From contig NC_086097.1 of the NCBI RefSeq assembly GCF_963921235.1, positions 209,128,001-209,192,000 on the forward strand: 64,000 nucleotides of DNA. Reading direction: 5' to 3'. Under the pieces are notes generated by a model. The model had not been told where the DNA came from. It saw only the letters and a list, made by a program, of their open reading frames with translations, and made no database searches. The DNA is from Mobula hypostoma (lineage: Eukaryota). The stretch's first letter is position 1. Each line of letters opens with the position of its first letter. Made by a program: the position numbers and the translations under genes. This document shows, piece by piece, positions 53,446-64,000 of the stretch.

Positions 53446-55290
53446 AGAAATGCTGATAAAAACTGTGAACAGCCAGCAAAGTCTTGATCTCTGTCCTAAC
53501 CAGCTGTCATAACTATGAAAAATAACTGTCTTTGAATGTCCTTGACAATCAAAAATAATCAAAAAATTTAAATGAACCAACATTAAAAGAGTGAAGATAA
53601 TAAAACATCCAAAGTTTGTAGAATTAAAAAAGGTTTATTACTTTCTTTTCTTTGAAATGAATGTAGCTGCTTTGCTTAGCTTCACTGGTAGATTCCCGGA
53701 CCAGATACTGTAGGGAATTTATGAGTGATAGTGCTTTACTACTGAATTCAACATGGACTTCTTGGGAAGTCCAGTGGCAGAGAGAGCGAATACACTGTAA
53801 AACCCAAGGGAACTCCTCAGGAAGTTCAGAATTTACACATTTGTGCATGAGCCTCCAACTTCCTGACACATGGCAAAATACAGGAAGTCCCACATGGAAC
53901 GATCAACATTTTCCTGGAAAATATGCAGCAAAGTTTATTCTAGACTTACTAAAGCAGCAGTCTTACTTCTGCATCACTACACCCTTAAAGTTAGAAAAAG
54001 CTAAATTATGTTTCTCTCTCTTATTTTCATGAGTTAAATCAAGGTTCTGATTCAGCGAATATTCTGCATTGATCATTGGATCCAGCTTATTTTATATATT
54101 TTTTTCATTGATAGGGGGTATCCTAGTTCGTAGTGAGCATTTCAATTAATAAGTATTTTTCTATTTTTTATTCCTGATTTCCAGCATTTATTTCTGGAAA
54201 TTTCTGATGGTTGATTTGCAATTTAGGGGTTTTTATTTGTTCATCCATTCTCCAAAGTGCATTTATTTCTTTTCTCCTCTTTGTTAAAATATCTGTTGAT
54301 ATTGTTTTTTTTGCTTCAATTTACCAAGAATACCACTTTCAACAGTTATATAACAGACTGCTCAGGATCACAAGCAAGACCACAGCAATAACATAATCTA
54401 TCAACCACTATTTTCCATTTGTTTTGTATTCTATCAGGCATTCTTTATTCAAAAAAAAAATGGAGGAAAGACCCCAGGCCTGTTGTGTTACTTTACACAA
54501 GGCTGAAGTAAGGCTCACTAAGAGTGAGCCAAAAGAAATTCCTGCCATTTAAACAGAAAGGGATGTATTTCTAATTGTATTCTAAAAGCATGGATCGAGC
54601 TTTCTTTCTTGAACTCTGAAGAGACTACCCAGCAATGCAAGGGAGACTATAAATGCTCTTTTCTACAGCTTTGTAGTTTTGTATTGCGATTGGAATATTT
54701 ATTCATCAGTGGAAGCAACAAAATTCTGAAGCTAGCCATGAGATCTTCAATAGCTTCTCTGCTCCTGTTTCTGTCCAGCGTCCCAGCATGTGGTCCTGCT
54801 CAGAAATTAGACCAAGTCACATGAAAACTTGAGCCCAAAGTTTGGGCTCAGGCAGGTCCTTAGTAAGACAACTCAATCTATCCTGCTTCCTCCTCACCCT
54901 AGCAGATCCTTCTGCACTTGGATGAAATCATTTTTAAACAGGTAAGTATTATCTTATGTGCAAAATGTTCTCTTTTAAGTTTTAGAAAGTGTCAACAAAT
55001 CACTGAATTACCAAGATGTGTATTTACTCTTCTTATGTCAGTTAGATAGAGGAGAAGCCTATATAATCTCACGGCAGTTAGTGCCATTGACTTCGAAAAA
55101 TACCAGCATTTCAGACTAATTTACAAAGTGATCCCAAGCTTAGATCTAGAAATCCCCCAACAGTTAACCAGAGAGTACAATTTCCTTGTTATTGTCAAAT
55201 CTTTTTATGTTGTTTAATTAGGTTCAATTTAACAATAAAATGTGTTAAAGTGAAAATCAAGAAGGATGAGAACTATATATTTATTTATAG

Positions 55291-55377
55291 GTAAACACAA
55301 AGAATATTGGCACATTATACAAAATCCGGGTTGGGCACAATAATGCCGGAGAATTCCCTGGCTGGCACTGTGAATCG
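55291..55377 (+). CDS. RP1: RP1 long-isoform exon: continuation of the PLAT/LH2 domain (87 nt)
   Basis: VNTKNIGTLYKIRVGHNNAGEFPGWHCES matches the PLAT pattern (D/N)IG.L.KIR.GH.N.G..P.W; acceptor TTATTTATAG at 55290; donor TCG|GTAAG at 55377; phase 0-0. Confidence 0.87.
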
Positions 55378-56829
55378 GTAAGGCATCAAATAGAACATAG
55401 GGTAATGAATTATACAGATACTAATAATAATGAACATGTGTAGCACACATATTGCCAAAAGAGTTTGAGAAATATATCTCACTGGATCATTTGTAAATGT
55501 ACTGTATATAAAATGGAGATCTCAGATTAACATGAACAGAAGCAGTCTTTCCAACAGGCTTAATTGGATGTTCAGAAGCTCCTAGAATTGTCAATGTTCA
55601 CAGCTTTACCTATAGTGCATAACACCAAAGATCACACCCTTACCAGTCATACCATGGAATGTGGCTATGTGTATAACCTCTGCAAATGTACTGGAGACTA
55701 GGAGTTAAGAAGATAATAACATTGGTTGAAATCTGCAACTTTGTGTTACTGGGAAGGGGAAAATAAACTGTAAATCTTTTAATAAAATGGTAATTGGACA
55801 GTGTGGAGTAATGCAAAAGATTTATAAAGTGGTTTAGCATCTTTCTTGGACATTCAAAAATAATGAAAATTTATGAGACCTTGCTATCTCTCAGTAAGAT
55901 AAAAATTCATTATATAGGCGACAACACCCTTTCCACTGCCATAAACAGAGGAAACTGCCATTTTTATTTTTCTACTCAACCTTCTAGCTCTTTTCTGTAC
56001 CTTCAAGAAACTTAAAATATCTGTCTAAAATACCTTACTATATCAGAGTTTCTGGGTCTAAGCTATTTGAGAAGTGGTCTAGTTTCTGTCTTAAGATCTT
56101 CACCACCATTTTTATAACAGTGCAACTATTATTTGGGAGCTAATATTTGACAATGTATGCCTATTAACTGAGGTAAGAATCTTGCATATAAAATGTTCGG
56201 AGAATTTTTTTCTTGCTCCATTCCCAATGAATATGAGCATCATCTGCTTTTCTGACCTGAACAACAGCTCAGGGAGAAATTGTATAGAGAAATTAAAATG
56301 ACTTCGAAATTGTAATTCCACAACCAATGGATCCACTTTCAAGGACTCTTCATTTCTTCTTGCATTTGCCCAGTTTGTTGTCTTCTGCAACCTGGTTGAA
56401 AGCTCTAGTTTAGTGATTGTTCAATGATTCAGTTATAGTTACTATTCTATAGATTTGTTGAGTATGCCCTCAAGAAAATGAATCTCAGGGTTGCATGTGC
56501 TAACATATATGTACTTTGATAATAAATTTACTTTGAACTTTGAAGTTTAATTGTAGGAGACAAGCAATGATAATGTTATTGAAATTGAAAGATAAATGAC
56601 TAGTTTATCTGGAGGTACAGAACTTCTGAAGTTCAAAATTCAAAGGAAATTTATAATTAAAATACATATACAACCCTGAGATTTGTTTACTTGTGGGCAT
56701 ACTCAGTAAATCCAAGAACCACAACAAAATCAACGCAAGGACGAACAAGCATCCAATGTAAAAAGACAATAAACTGTGTAAATACAACAGAAAAAAAATA
56801 ACAAATAAATAAGTAATAAATATTGTTGA

Positions 56830-57640
56830 CGTTAAGGATGTGGTTTTGGGGTACTTGGAGGCATATGATAAAAGAGACCATAGTCAACATGGTTTCCTCA
56901 AGGAAAAATCTTGCATGACAAATCTAATGGAATTCTTTGAAGAAATAACAAGCAGGATAGGCAAAGGAGAATTGACGGATGTTGTGTACATTGATTTTCA
57001 GAATGTCTTTGACAAAAAGGGCCACATATGAGGCTGCTTAATAAACTACGAGCCCATGGTATTACAGGAAAGATTCTAGAATGGATAAAGCAATGGCTTA
57101 TTGGCAAGAGGCAAGGAGTGGGAATAAAGGGAGCCTTTTCTGGTTGGCTGCTGGTGACTTGTGGTGTTGCAGAGGGGCCTGTGTTGGGATGAATTTTTTA
57201 CATTATATGTCAATGATTTGGATGATCAAATTGATGGCTTTGTTGCAAAGTTTGCAGATGGTACATGGAGATAGGCGGAGGGGCAGGTAATTTTGAGGAA
57301 GTAGAGACGCTACAAAAGGAGCTAGACAGATTAGGAGAATGAGCAAAGAAATTGCATATGGAATACAGTGTCGGGAAGTGTATGATCATGCAGTTTAGTA
57401 GAAGAAATGAAAGAGTTGACTATTTTCTAAATGGAGAGAAAATCCAAAAATCTGGTGTGCAGGGGGACTTGGAAGTCCTTGTGCAGAATTTAGTGAAGTT
57501 TAATTTGCGGGTTGAGTTGGTGGTGGAGACAGAGAATGCGATGATAGCATTCATTTTGAGAGGACTAGAATATAAAAGTAACAATGTAACATAGAGGCTT
57601 TAGAGGACACTGGTGAGGCCCTCCTTGGATTAGTTTGAGC
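56830..57640 (+). mobile_element. CR1 RT fragment
   Basis: SQHGFLKEKSCMTNLMEFFEEIT..DVVYIDFQ..FD. Confidence 0.75.
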
Positions 57641-57856
57641 TGGTTTAGACCTTAAGTCCATAAGATATAGGAGTAGAATTAGACCATTATTGAGTTTGCA
57701 CCACCATTTCATCATGGCTGATCCAATTTTCCTCTCAGCCCCAATCTCCTTCCTTCTCTCCATATCCCTTCATGCCCTGACCAATCAAGAATTTGTCAAC
57801 TCTCCTTTAAAGATTATGTGTATATGGCCTGTTTACATAACTATTATTAATAAAAA

Positions 57857-60800
57857 TGTGGGAGATGGGAGCTAAGTTTCATGGTTCTTTACTGGTAGAG
57901 TCTGAACCTTTACTCACACACATACAGATCCATACGCGCCTAATGACGCGCCTAATATCATGGAATGATGTGTTACTACAAAATAAAGGAGTCTCTTATT
58001 ATAATGTAGGCTATATGGTACACACCTCCCCTTTTATTTTAAAAGTGTATCAACTTTTTTTTTACTGGGGCACTATGCTAAACAAATATGTTTACCCTTA
58101 ACATACAAACACTTATCATTTGTTTACAAATTATAAGAAAGTAACTTAATAATATCAAATTATAACTCAAGTCTCTGGGGTGGTCTTCTCTGCCTCTCCG
58201 GGTAACATCTGTCCTGAAACGTTTGCTTTGGGAATGAGTCTCCACCGGTACATCCGGTGGGTCATCAGCACTGATGACAGGCTTATCTGTAGGTGAGGCT
58301 GATGTGGTCACATCAGGAGTATTTGCTTCTTAGCCAGGGGAGTTCGGGCAAGGTGTTGTTGTGTTTTTCACATGAGCATTGAGGATTTGGTCCACATGAC
58401 ATCTCCATATGTTCTCTCCCACCTTCACTGTATACACCAGTGGCCAGTCTATAGCGGAAATTGTACCCGGTTGCCATTTTTCAGTCCGGTAATCATGTGC
58501 AAGAACTGACTGTCCTACACTGAAGCTCTGTGTTGACTTAGCATTCAAGTGTTTGAACTGTCTGTTCTCCACGTCACGCTGTACATCTGGTTTGAGAAGA
58601 TCCATGCAGGACCTCAGGTTCCTGTTCAGAAACATCATTGCTGGAGTCTGGTTAGTGGTTGCATGTACTGCATTACGATAGGCAAGGAGGAAGTTGTCTA
58701 TCTTGTGTTGCAGTGGTCGATTTTCGCTGTCCCTTGCTTTGAGGGCTTGTGAATGTCTGCACAAATCTTTCTGCCAAGCCATTTGTGGATGGATGGAAAG
58801 GGCCAGATGTAAAGTGCTTGATTCCATTGTTCTTCACAAAACTTTGGAATTCTTCAGAGACAAATTGTTGTCCATTATCTGTGCAGATTTGTTCTGGTAT
58901 GCCACTCCTGGCGAACATGGTGCTCAGCACTGTAATGGTCTTTTCCCATGCGGTTGCCTTCATTTTGATGACCTCTGGCCATTTGGAATGTGCATCAACA
59001 GCGATTAAAAAGATAGAGTCCATGAATGGTCCAGCAAAGTCAATGTGCACTCGTTGCCGTGGTGATGAGGGCCGCTCCCATGGATGGAGAGGGCTTGTGG
59101 TGGTGTGTTCTGGATCTTTTGACATCCAATCTGTTTATCGATTGCTGGCCACCACACAAAGGCACGGGCAAGACCTTTCATCTTCAGGCTACCTAGGTGC
59201 CCCTTGTGCAGTTTCTCCAGCACACTGGTGCGTAGCTGGGGAGGAATCATAACCCATGAACCACACATTAGTGTTCCCCGACACACTGACAACTGCTCCT
59301 TCCTCACTGAGAAGGGTGGAAACAGTGTGTAACCCCGTGCTGGCCATCCCTTTACCGTGATGTCATACACTTTTGACAACATAGGGTCATTGCATATTTC
59401 TCTTTCATGAGGCTGTTTGTTACTGGTAATTGTTCAACTATTGTTGTGTGAAAGACCTCTGCTGAATCCATTTGAGTAGTTATCTCTGAAGTGGGCAGTG
59501 GTAAATGTGACAGACCGTCTGCGTTGCCGTGTTACTTGGTCCCCTTGTGTTCAATGTCATACATGTGACCTCCTAAGAAAAGAGACCATCGCTGCAGCCT
59601 TTGTGCTGTCATCACTGGAATGCCTTTCCTTGGGTTGAAGATTGACACAAGAGGCTGATGGTCAGTCAACAGGGTAAATTTTTGACCATACAGGCAGTGA
59701 CTGAATTTCTTGACTCCCCACATGAGGCTTAGGGCCTCTCTGTCAATCTGTGCGTAGTTGCGTTCAGCTGAATTTAGTGTTCTTGAGGCAAAGGCTATTG
59801 GTCTTTCTGAGCCATCTGGAAACTTGTGCGATAACACAGCTCCTATCCCATGGGGTGAGGCATCACAAGCCAGTCGGATAGGTAAGGAGGGATCAAAGTG
59901 CGCGAGTACCCCTTCTGAAGTTATGAGTCTTTTAGTTTCTTGAAACGCTTTCTCACAGATCTCAGTCCACTTCCATTGTGTCCCTGTCTGTAATTTGTGC
60001 ATTTAGTGGGTGTAGAACTGTGGATAGGTTAGGCAAGAAGTTGTGGTAGTTCACTAGACCAAGATATGCTCTCGTCTGAGACACATTTTCAGGTGCTGGT
60101 GCCTTAAGCACTGCTTCTATCTTGTCTTGAGACATGTGTAAGCCATCCTTGTTGATCACATGCCCACAGTATGAAATTTCCTTTTTGAAAACTCACATTT
60201 CTGTTGATTAGCTCTGAGCCCATATTCTCGTAACCTGGTGAGCACTTGTTCAAGGTTAGAAAGATGTTCGGCATCATCTTTGCCGGTGACAAGGATATCA
60301 TCTGGGTAACACTGAGTCCCTGGAATCCCCTGCAGGACCCGGTCCATTGCCCTATGCCAGATTGCAGGCACTGATGCTATCCCAAACACCAACCTGTTGT
60401 ACTGGTAAAGTCCTTTGTGTGTATTTATTGTCAGGTATTTCTTGGATGCTTCCTCGATTTCCATTTGGAGATAAGCCTGGGCCAAATGGATTTTTGTGAA
60501 ATGTTCCCCTCCTGACAGGGAAGCAAAGATGTCTTCAATATGAGGTAGAGGATACTGTACTGTGCAGAGAACTGGGTTAACAATCACTTTAAAGTCTCCA
60601 CATATGCGCACCTTGCTTGGTTTTCCTGGTTTTATGCTGGAGGTTTTCTTCATCACTGGAACAATAAGTGTGGCCCATTCACTCCAATCCACCTTTGACA
60701 GGACCCTAGTCTGCTCCAGATTTTTCAGCTCTGCCTCTACTGAAGGACAGATTGCATATGGCACTGGTCTGGCTTTGTGAAATTTTGGACATGCATTTTC

Positions 60801-61430
60801 CTCAATCTTCGCCTTCATGCCTGAAATGTTCCTATTCCTTTCATGAACACTTCCTCAGAGTCAGCAAGTATTTGTGACAAGTAAATGTAGCCTTGCTGCC
60901 CTCCTTTGCTGACACATCTGGTGCCTTGATGGTGTGCCAATCCAACTGGATTTTCCTGAGCCGTTCACCTCCCAGCGACTGTGGTCCTCCATTTTTCAAT
61001 ACATAGAGGTTCAGCTGCTGTGTTTTGTCTCCATAGGTCACTGTCACTTTAATTTTACCTCTGGGACGCACTTTCTGTCCTGTGTAAGTCTTTAGCAGTC
61101 GTTTGGTTCGTTTCAGAGGTATGTGAGGAAACAGTCGTTTGTAGTCATGTACAGAGATCACTGTTAAAGCTGAGCCTGTGTCCAACTCCATTTTCAGTCT
61201 CACACCTGCCACTTGTGGAGTGATCCATTTTACTCTTTGATCATCTGTCTCTTTCACACTCTGAAGTTGCAGACAAGATTACCTTAGAGAAGGCGTTGAA
61301 CATTGCAATATTATTGGAAATAGCAACACGGGGTGCTTCAGAGGTACAACAAAAATCTCTGGAATATGCTACAAATAAAATGTCACTGAAGAGAAATGAA
61401 GGAAAGAAATGGTACCGTTGTGGGAACATG
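57857..61430 (-). mobile_element. Gypsy/Ty3 LTR retrotransposon remnant: 3' LTR (about 57857-58022), PPT, integrase, RNase H, RT, protease, and an inverted gag fragment
   Basis: MELDTGS (protease), RICGDFK and FGIAS..YPDDILV (RT), LACDASP.GIGAVL..YAQIDREAL (RNase H), RVHIDFAGP..TDNG..SNG-like LAERFVQ (integrase); domain order PR-RT-RH-IN; PPT-like AAAAGGGGAGG on the - strand next to TG; many frameshifts. Confidence 0.9.
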
Positions 61431-61665
61431 CGGAGAATAGGTTGAGTGAACTTGGCCTTTTCTCCTCAGAGCGACGGAGGATGAGAGGTGACCTGATAGA
61501 GGTGTATAAGATGATGAGAGGCATTGATCATGTGGATAGTCAGAGGCTTTTACCCAGTGGCTGAAATGGTTGCCACAAGAGGACACAGGTTTAAGGTGCG
61601 GGGGAGTAGGTACAGAGGAGATGTCAGGGGTAAGTTTTTCACTCAGAGAGTTGTGAGTGCATGGT
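61426..61665 (+). mobile_element. CR1 fragment
   Basis: RRMRGDLIEVYK..TRGHRFKVRG..FFTQRVVSAW. Confidence 0.7.
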
Positions 61666-61779
61666 TGTCAGTAGTTTTATTGCTAGTATCAGCCCCAGTT
61701 TTGCTGGCAGTTCCATGATGAACTTACTGAATGAACATAGCCATCCATTTCCTGGATGCTCCTAAGAAAATTAATTGGC

Positions 61780-62585
61780 AGAACAGAAGCTTGCTGAGAT
61801 TTCTCAGCACTCGGAGAATTGACATTCATACACTACATAAGACTAGAGATGGATACTGACTTCAGAAAAACTTGCACCTGTCACAACCCACCCGCCACCT
61901 CCCAGACACACACTTCTACATGGGCGGGACAGCAGTGGAAACGGCAAGCAGTTTCAGACTCCTGGAGTGGACATTAGACACAACCTCTCATGGTCCCAGA
62001 ACACATTCTCCACAGTCAAGAAAGCTCACCAACATTTCTACTCTTTGAACCGGCTAAAGAGAGCTGGAGTTTGCACATCCATACTCGCGTCATTCTACAG
62101 TTGTGCAGTAGACAGGATTCTAACAAGCTGCATCACTGCTTGGTATGGAAACTGCGGTGCAACAGACAGGAAGGCTTGACAATGGGTAGTCAAAACTGGC
62201 CAGTGTACCACTGGCACCAGCCTACCTGCCATCAAGGACATATATACAGAAAGGTGCCAAAAAAGGACCAGTAACATCATGAAGGATCTCACACACACTT
62301 TTGGACTCATGGACTTTTCAATCCCATCAAGGAACGGTGCATGTGGTATCCACACCAGGACCATCAGACTCAAAAACAGTTACCTTCCCCAAGCAGGAAG
62401 GCTGATCAACACCTTCACCCACTAACTCCAGCACTACTTTATGAATTTCCCATCAGTCACCTTATGTGTAGCCTAGTATCACTTATTGCCATACAATCAA
62501 TCTATGTTTATAAGTTATCTTATATATTTATACATATTTATTGTGTGTTTTTTTGTAATTATTATTTGTTCTGTATCTTTCTGTT
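61780..62585 (+). mobile_element. Rex1/Babar LINE fragment (tail resumes at about 63885-63990)
   Basis: HNLSWSQNT..VKKAHQHFY.L.RLK..SFYSCAVDRILTSCITAWYG. Confidence 0.75.
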
Positions 62586-63884
62586 TCTATGTCGCTTTCA
62601 TTAACCTCACAAAGGCCTTTGACCTTGTGAGCAGAGACGCACTGTTCAAAATCCTTGCCAGGATCGGTTGTCCCTTGAGGCTCCTCAGGGTAGTTCATTC
62701 ATTCCACACAGACATGAAAGGTATCGTTCAGTTTGACTGCTATTCTTCGGAGGCCTTCAACATCCACAGTGGTGTAAAGCAGGGCTGTGTGCTTGCCCCC
62801 ACCCTGTTCGGCATCTTCTTTGCAGTCATACTAAAGCACGCCTTTGGAACATCAACGGATGGTGTCTCCCTCCACACCAGATCAGACAGGAGGCTGTTCA
62901 GTCTGTCCTGGCTGAGGGCAAAAACCAAGGTTCATGAAGTACTCATCAGGGACATGTTGTTTGCAGACAACGCGGCACTAGCAACACACTCTGAAGAGCA
63001 ACTGCAACACCTCATGGACAGCTTCTCAATAGTCTGCCAGGACTTCAGCTTGACCATCAGCCTGAAGAAGACCAACATGTTGGGCCAAGGCGTTGAGCAC
63101 CCCCCTGCCATTACCATCAACAACTACGAGCTGGAGGTAATTCACCAGCTCACAAACCTTGGCTCCACCATCAGTCTCTCCCTAGACCCCGAGATCAGTA
63201 GACGGATCAGACAAGCAGCCTCAACATTCGCCAGGCTGACAAAGAGAGTCTGGGAGAACAGAAAGCTGATGACACATACCAAGGTTGCAGTCTACAGAGC
63301 CTGCATCCTCAGCCTCTACCCCAGACAAGAGTGGCGTCTCAACGCCTTCCACCTTCGCAGCCTGAGACGCATCCTGGACATCAAGTGGATTGACCGAGTC
63401 ACCAACAATGAGGTCCTGCTCCAACAACGCCGTCTCTGCTGGCTGGGTCACATACACCGCATGTCAGACTGGAGGACTCCGAAAGACCTGCTGTACGGGG
63501 AACTGGCCTCTGGCAAGAGAGCACAAGGGCAGCCCCATCTTCATTTCAAAGATGTCTGCAAGAGAGACAGGAAGTCACTGAAAATGAATGTCGAGAGGTG
63601 GGAGGACATTGCAAGCAATCACTCTCACTGGAGGCTGGAACGACACAGAGGTCTAAAAAGAGGAGGAGAGACGCTGAGGCTTGCTGCTGAAGGAAAGTGC
63701 ACTCGCTTAAAAAACAGCACCAAGACAACACTGGAGGACAGCTCCTTCATGTGCAGTCGCTGCAGCAGAGACTGTCACTCCTGTGTGGGCCTCTACAGCC
63801 ACAACAGACTCTACTAACACAGACTGAAGCAAGACTTTCCAGGCGCAGATCCATGGTCTCATGAGACTAACGGATGCCTCCACA
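62586..63884 (+). mobile_element. 5'-truncated RTE-clade LINE
   Basis: YVAFINLTKAFDLVSR, GVKQGCVLAPTLF, LFADN, LTISLKKT, LLYGEL, C-terminal CxxC..H finger; flanking direct repeat CTGTATCTT at 62571-62579 and 63885-63893. Confidence 0.88.
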
Positions 63885-64000
63885 CTGTATCTTCTCTATT
63901 TTTTGTGTTGCATTAGATCAAGAATGCAATTACCTTTTTCTCCTTACACTTGTGTACGGAAAATGACATTAAATAATCTTGAATCTTGAAGATCCCAAAC

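Noticed and set aside
62486..62585. Hydrophobic N-terminus on the RTE ORF suggesting a membrane-anchored RT
   Set aside because: It is the T-rich Rex1 3' tail into which the RTE inserted, with a non-ATG start

Overview
Eukaryotic (vertebrate) genomic DNA, most likely from a cartilaginous fish, probably a ray. This is inferred from the HE1/V-SINE-like element and shark/ray-type CR1 ends. The one host gene is RP1 (retinitis pigmentosa 1, doublecortin family) on the + strand: exon 2 with ATG (22231-22895), a 172-nt exon 3 (31162-31333) and a 5.8-kb terminal exon 4 (34306-40109), giving about 2206 aa. Two further exons missed by the ORF track (49689-49852 and 55291-55377) encode most of a PLAT/LH2 domain. 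They are phase-compatible with exon 3, which indicates an exon-4-skipping DCX-DCX-PLAT long isoform continuing beyond the window. A cluster of CRX/OTX-type sites at about 16.8-17.5 kb is the likely photoreceptor promoter. Most of the rest is transposable elements, often nested: CR1, Rex1/Babar and RTE LINEs, Tc1 and Tigger DNA elements, MITEs, a Gypsy element with an inverted gag piece, and a solo LTR. The notable mobile element is a young Penelope-like insertion (5731-8545) forming a 1.2-kb inverted repeat with a 13-bp TSD. One arm carries a minimal hammerhead ribozyme and the other a copy with the cleavage site deleted. No prokaryotic systems, tRNA/rRNA genes or CRISPR arrays were seen. TE boundaries without a TSD are approximate.
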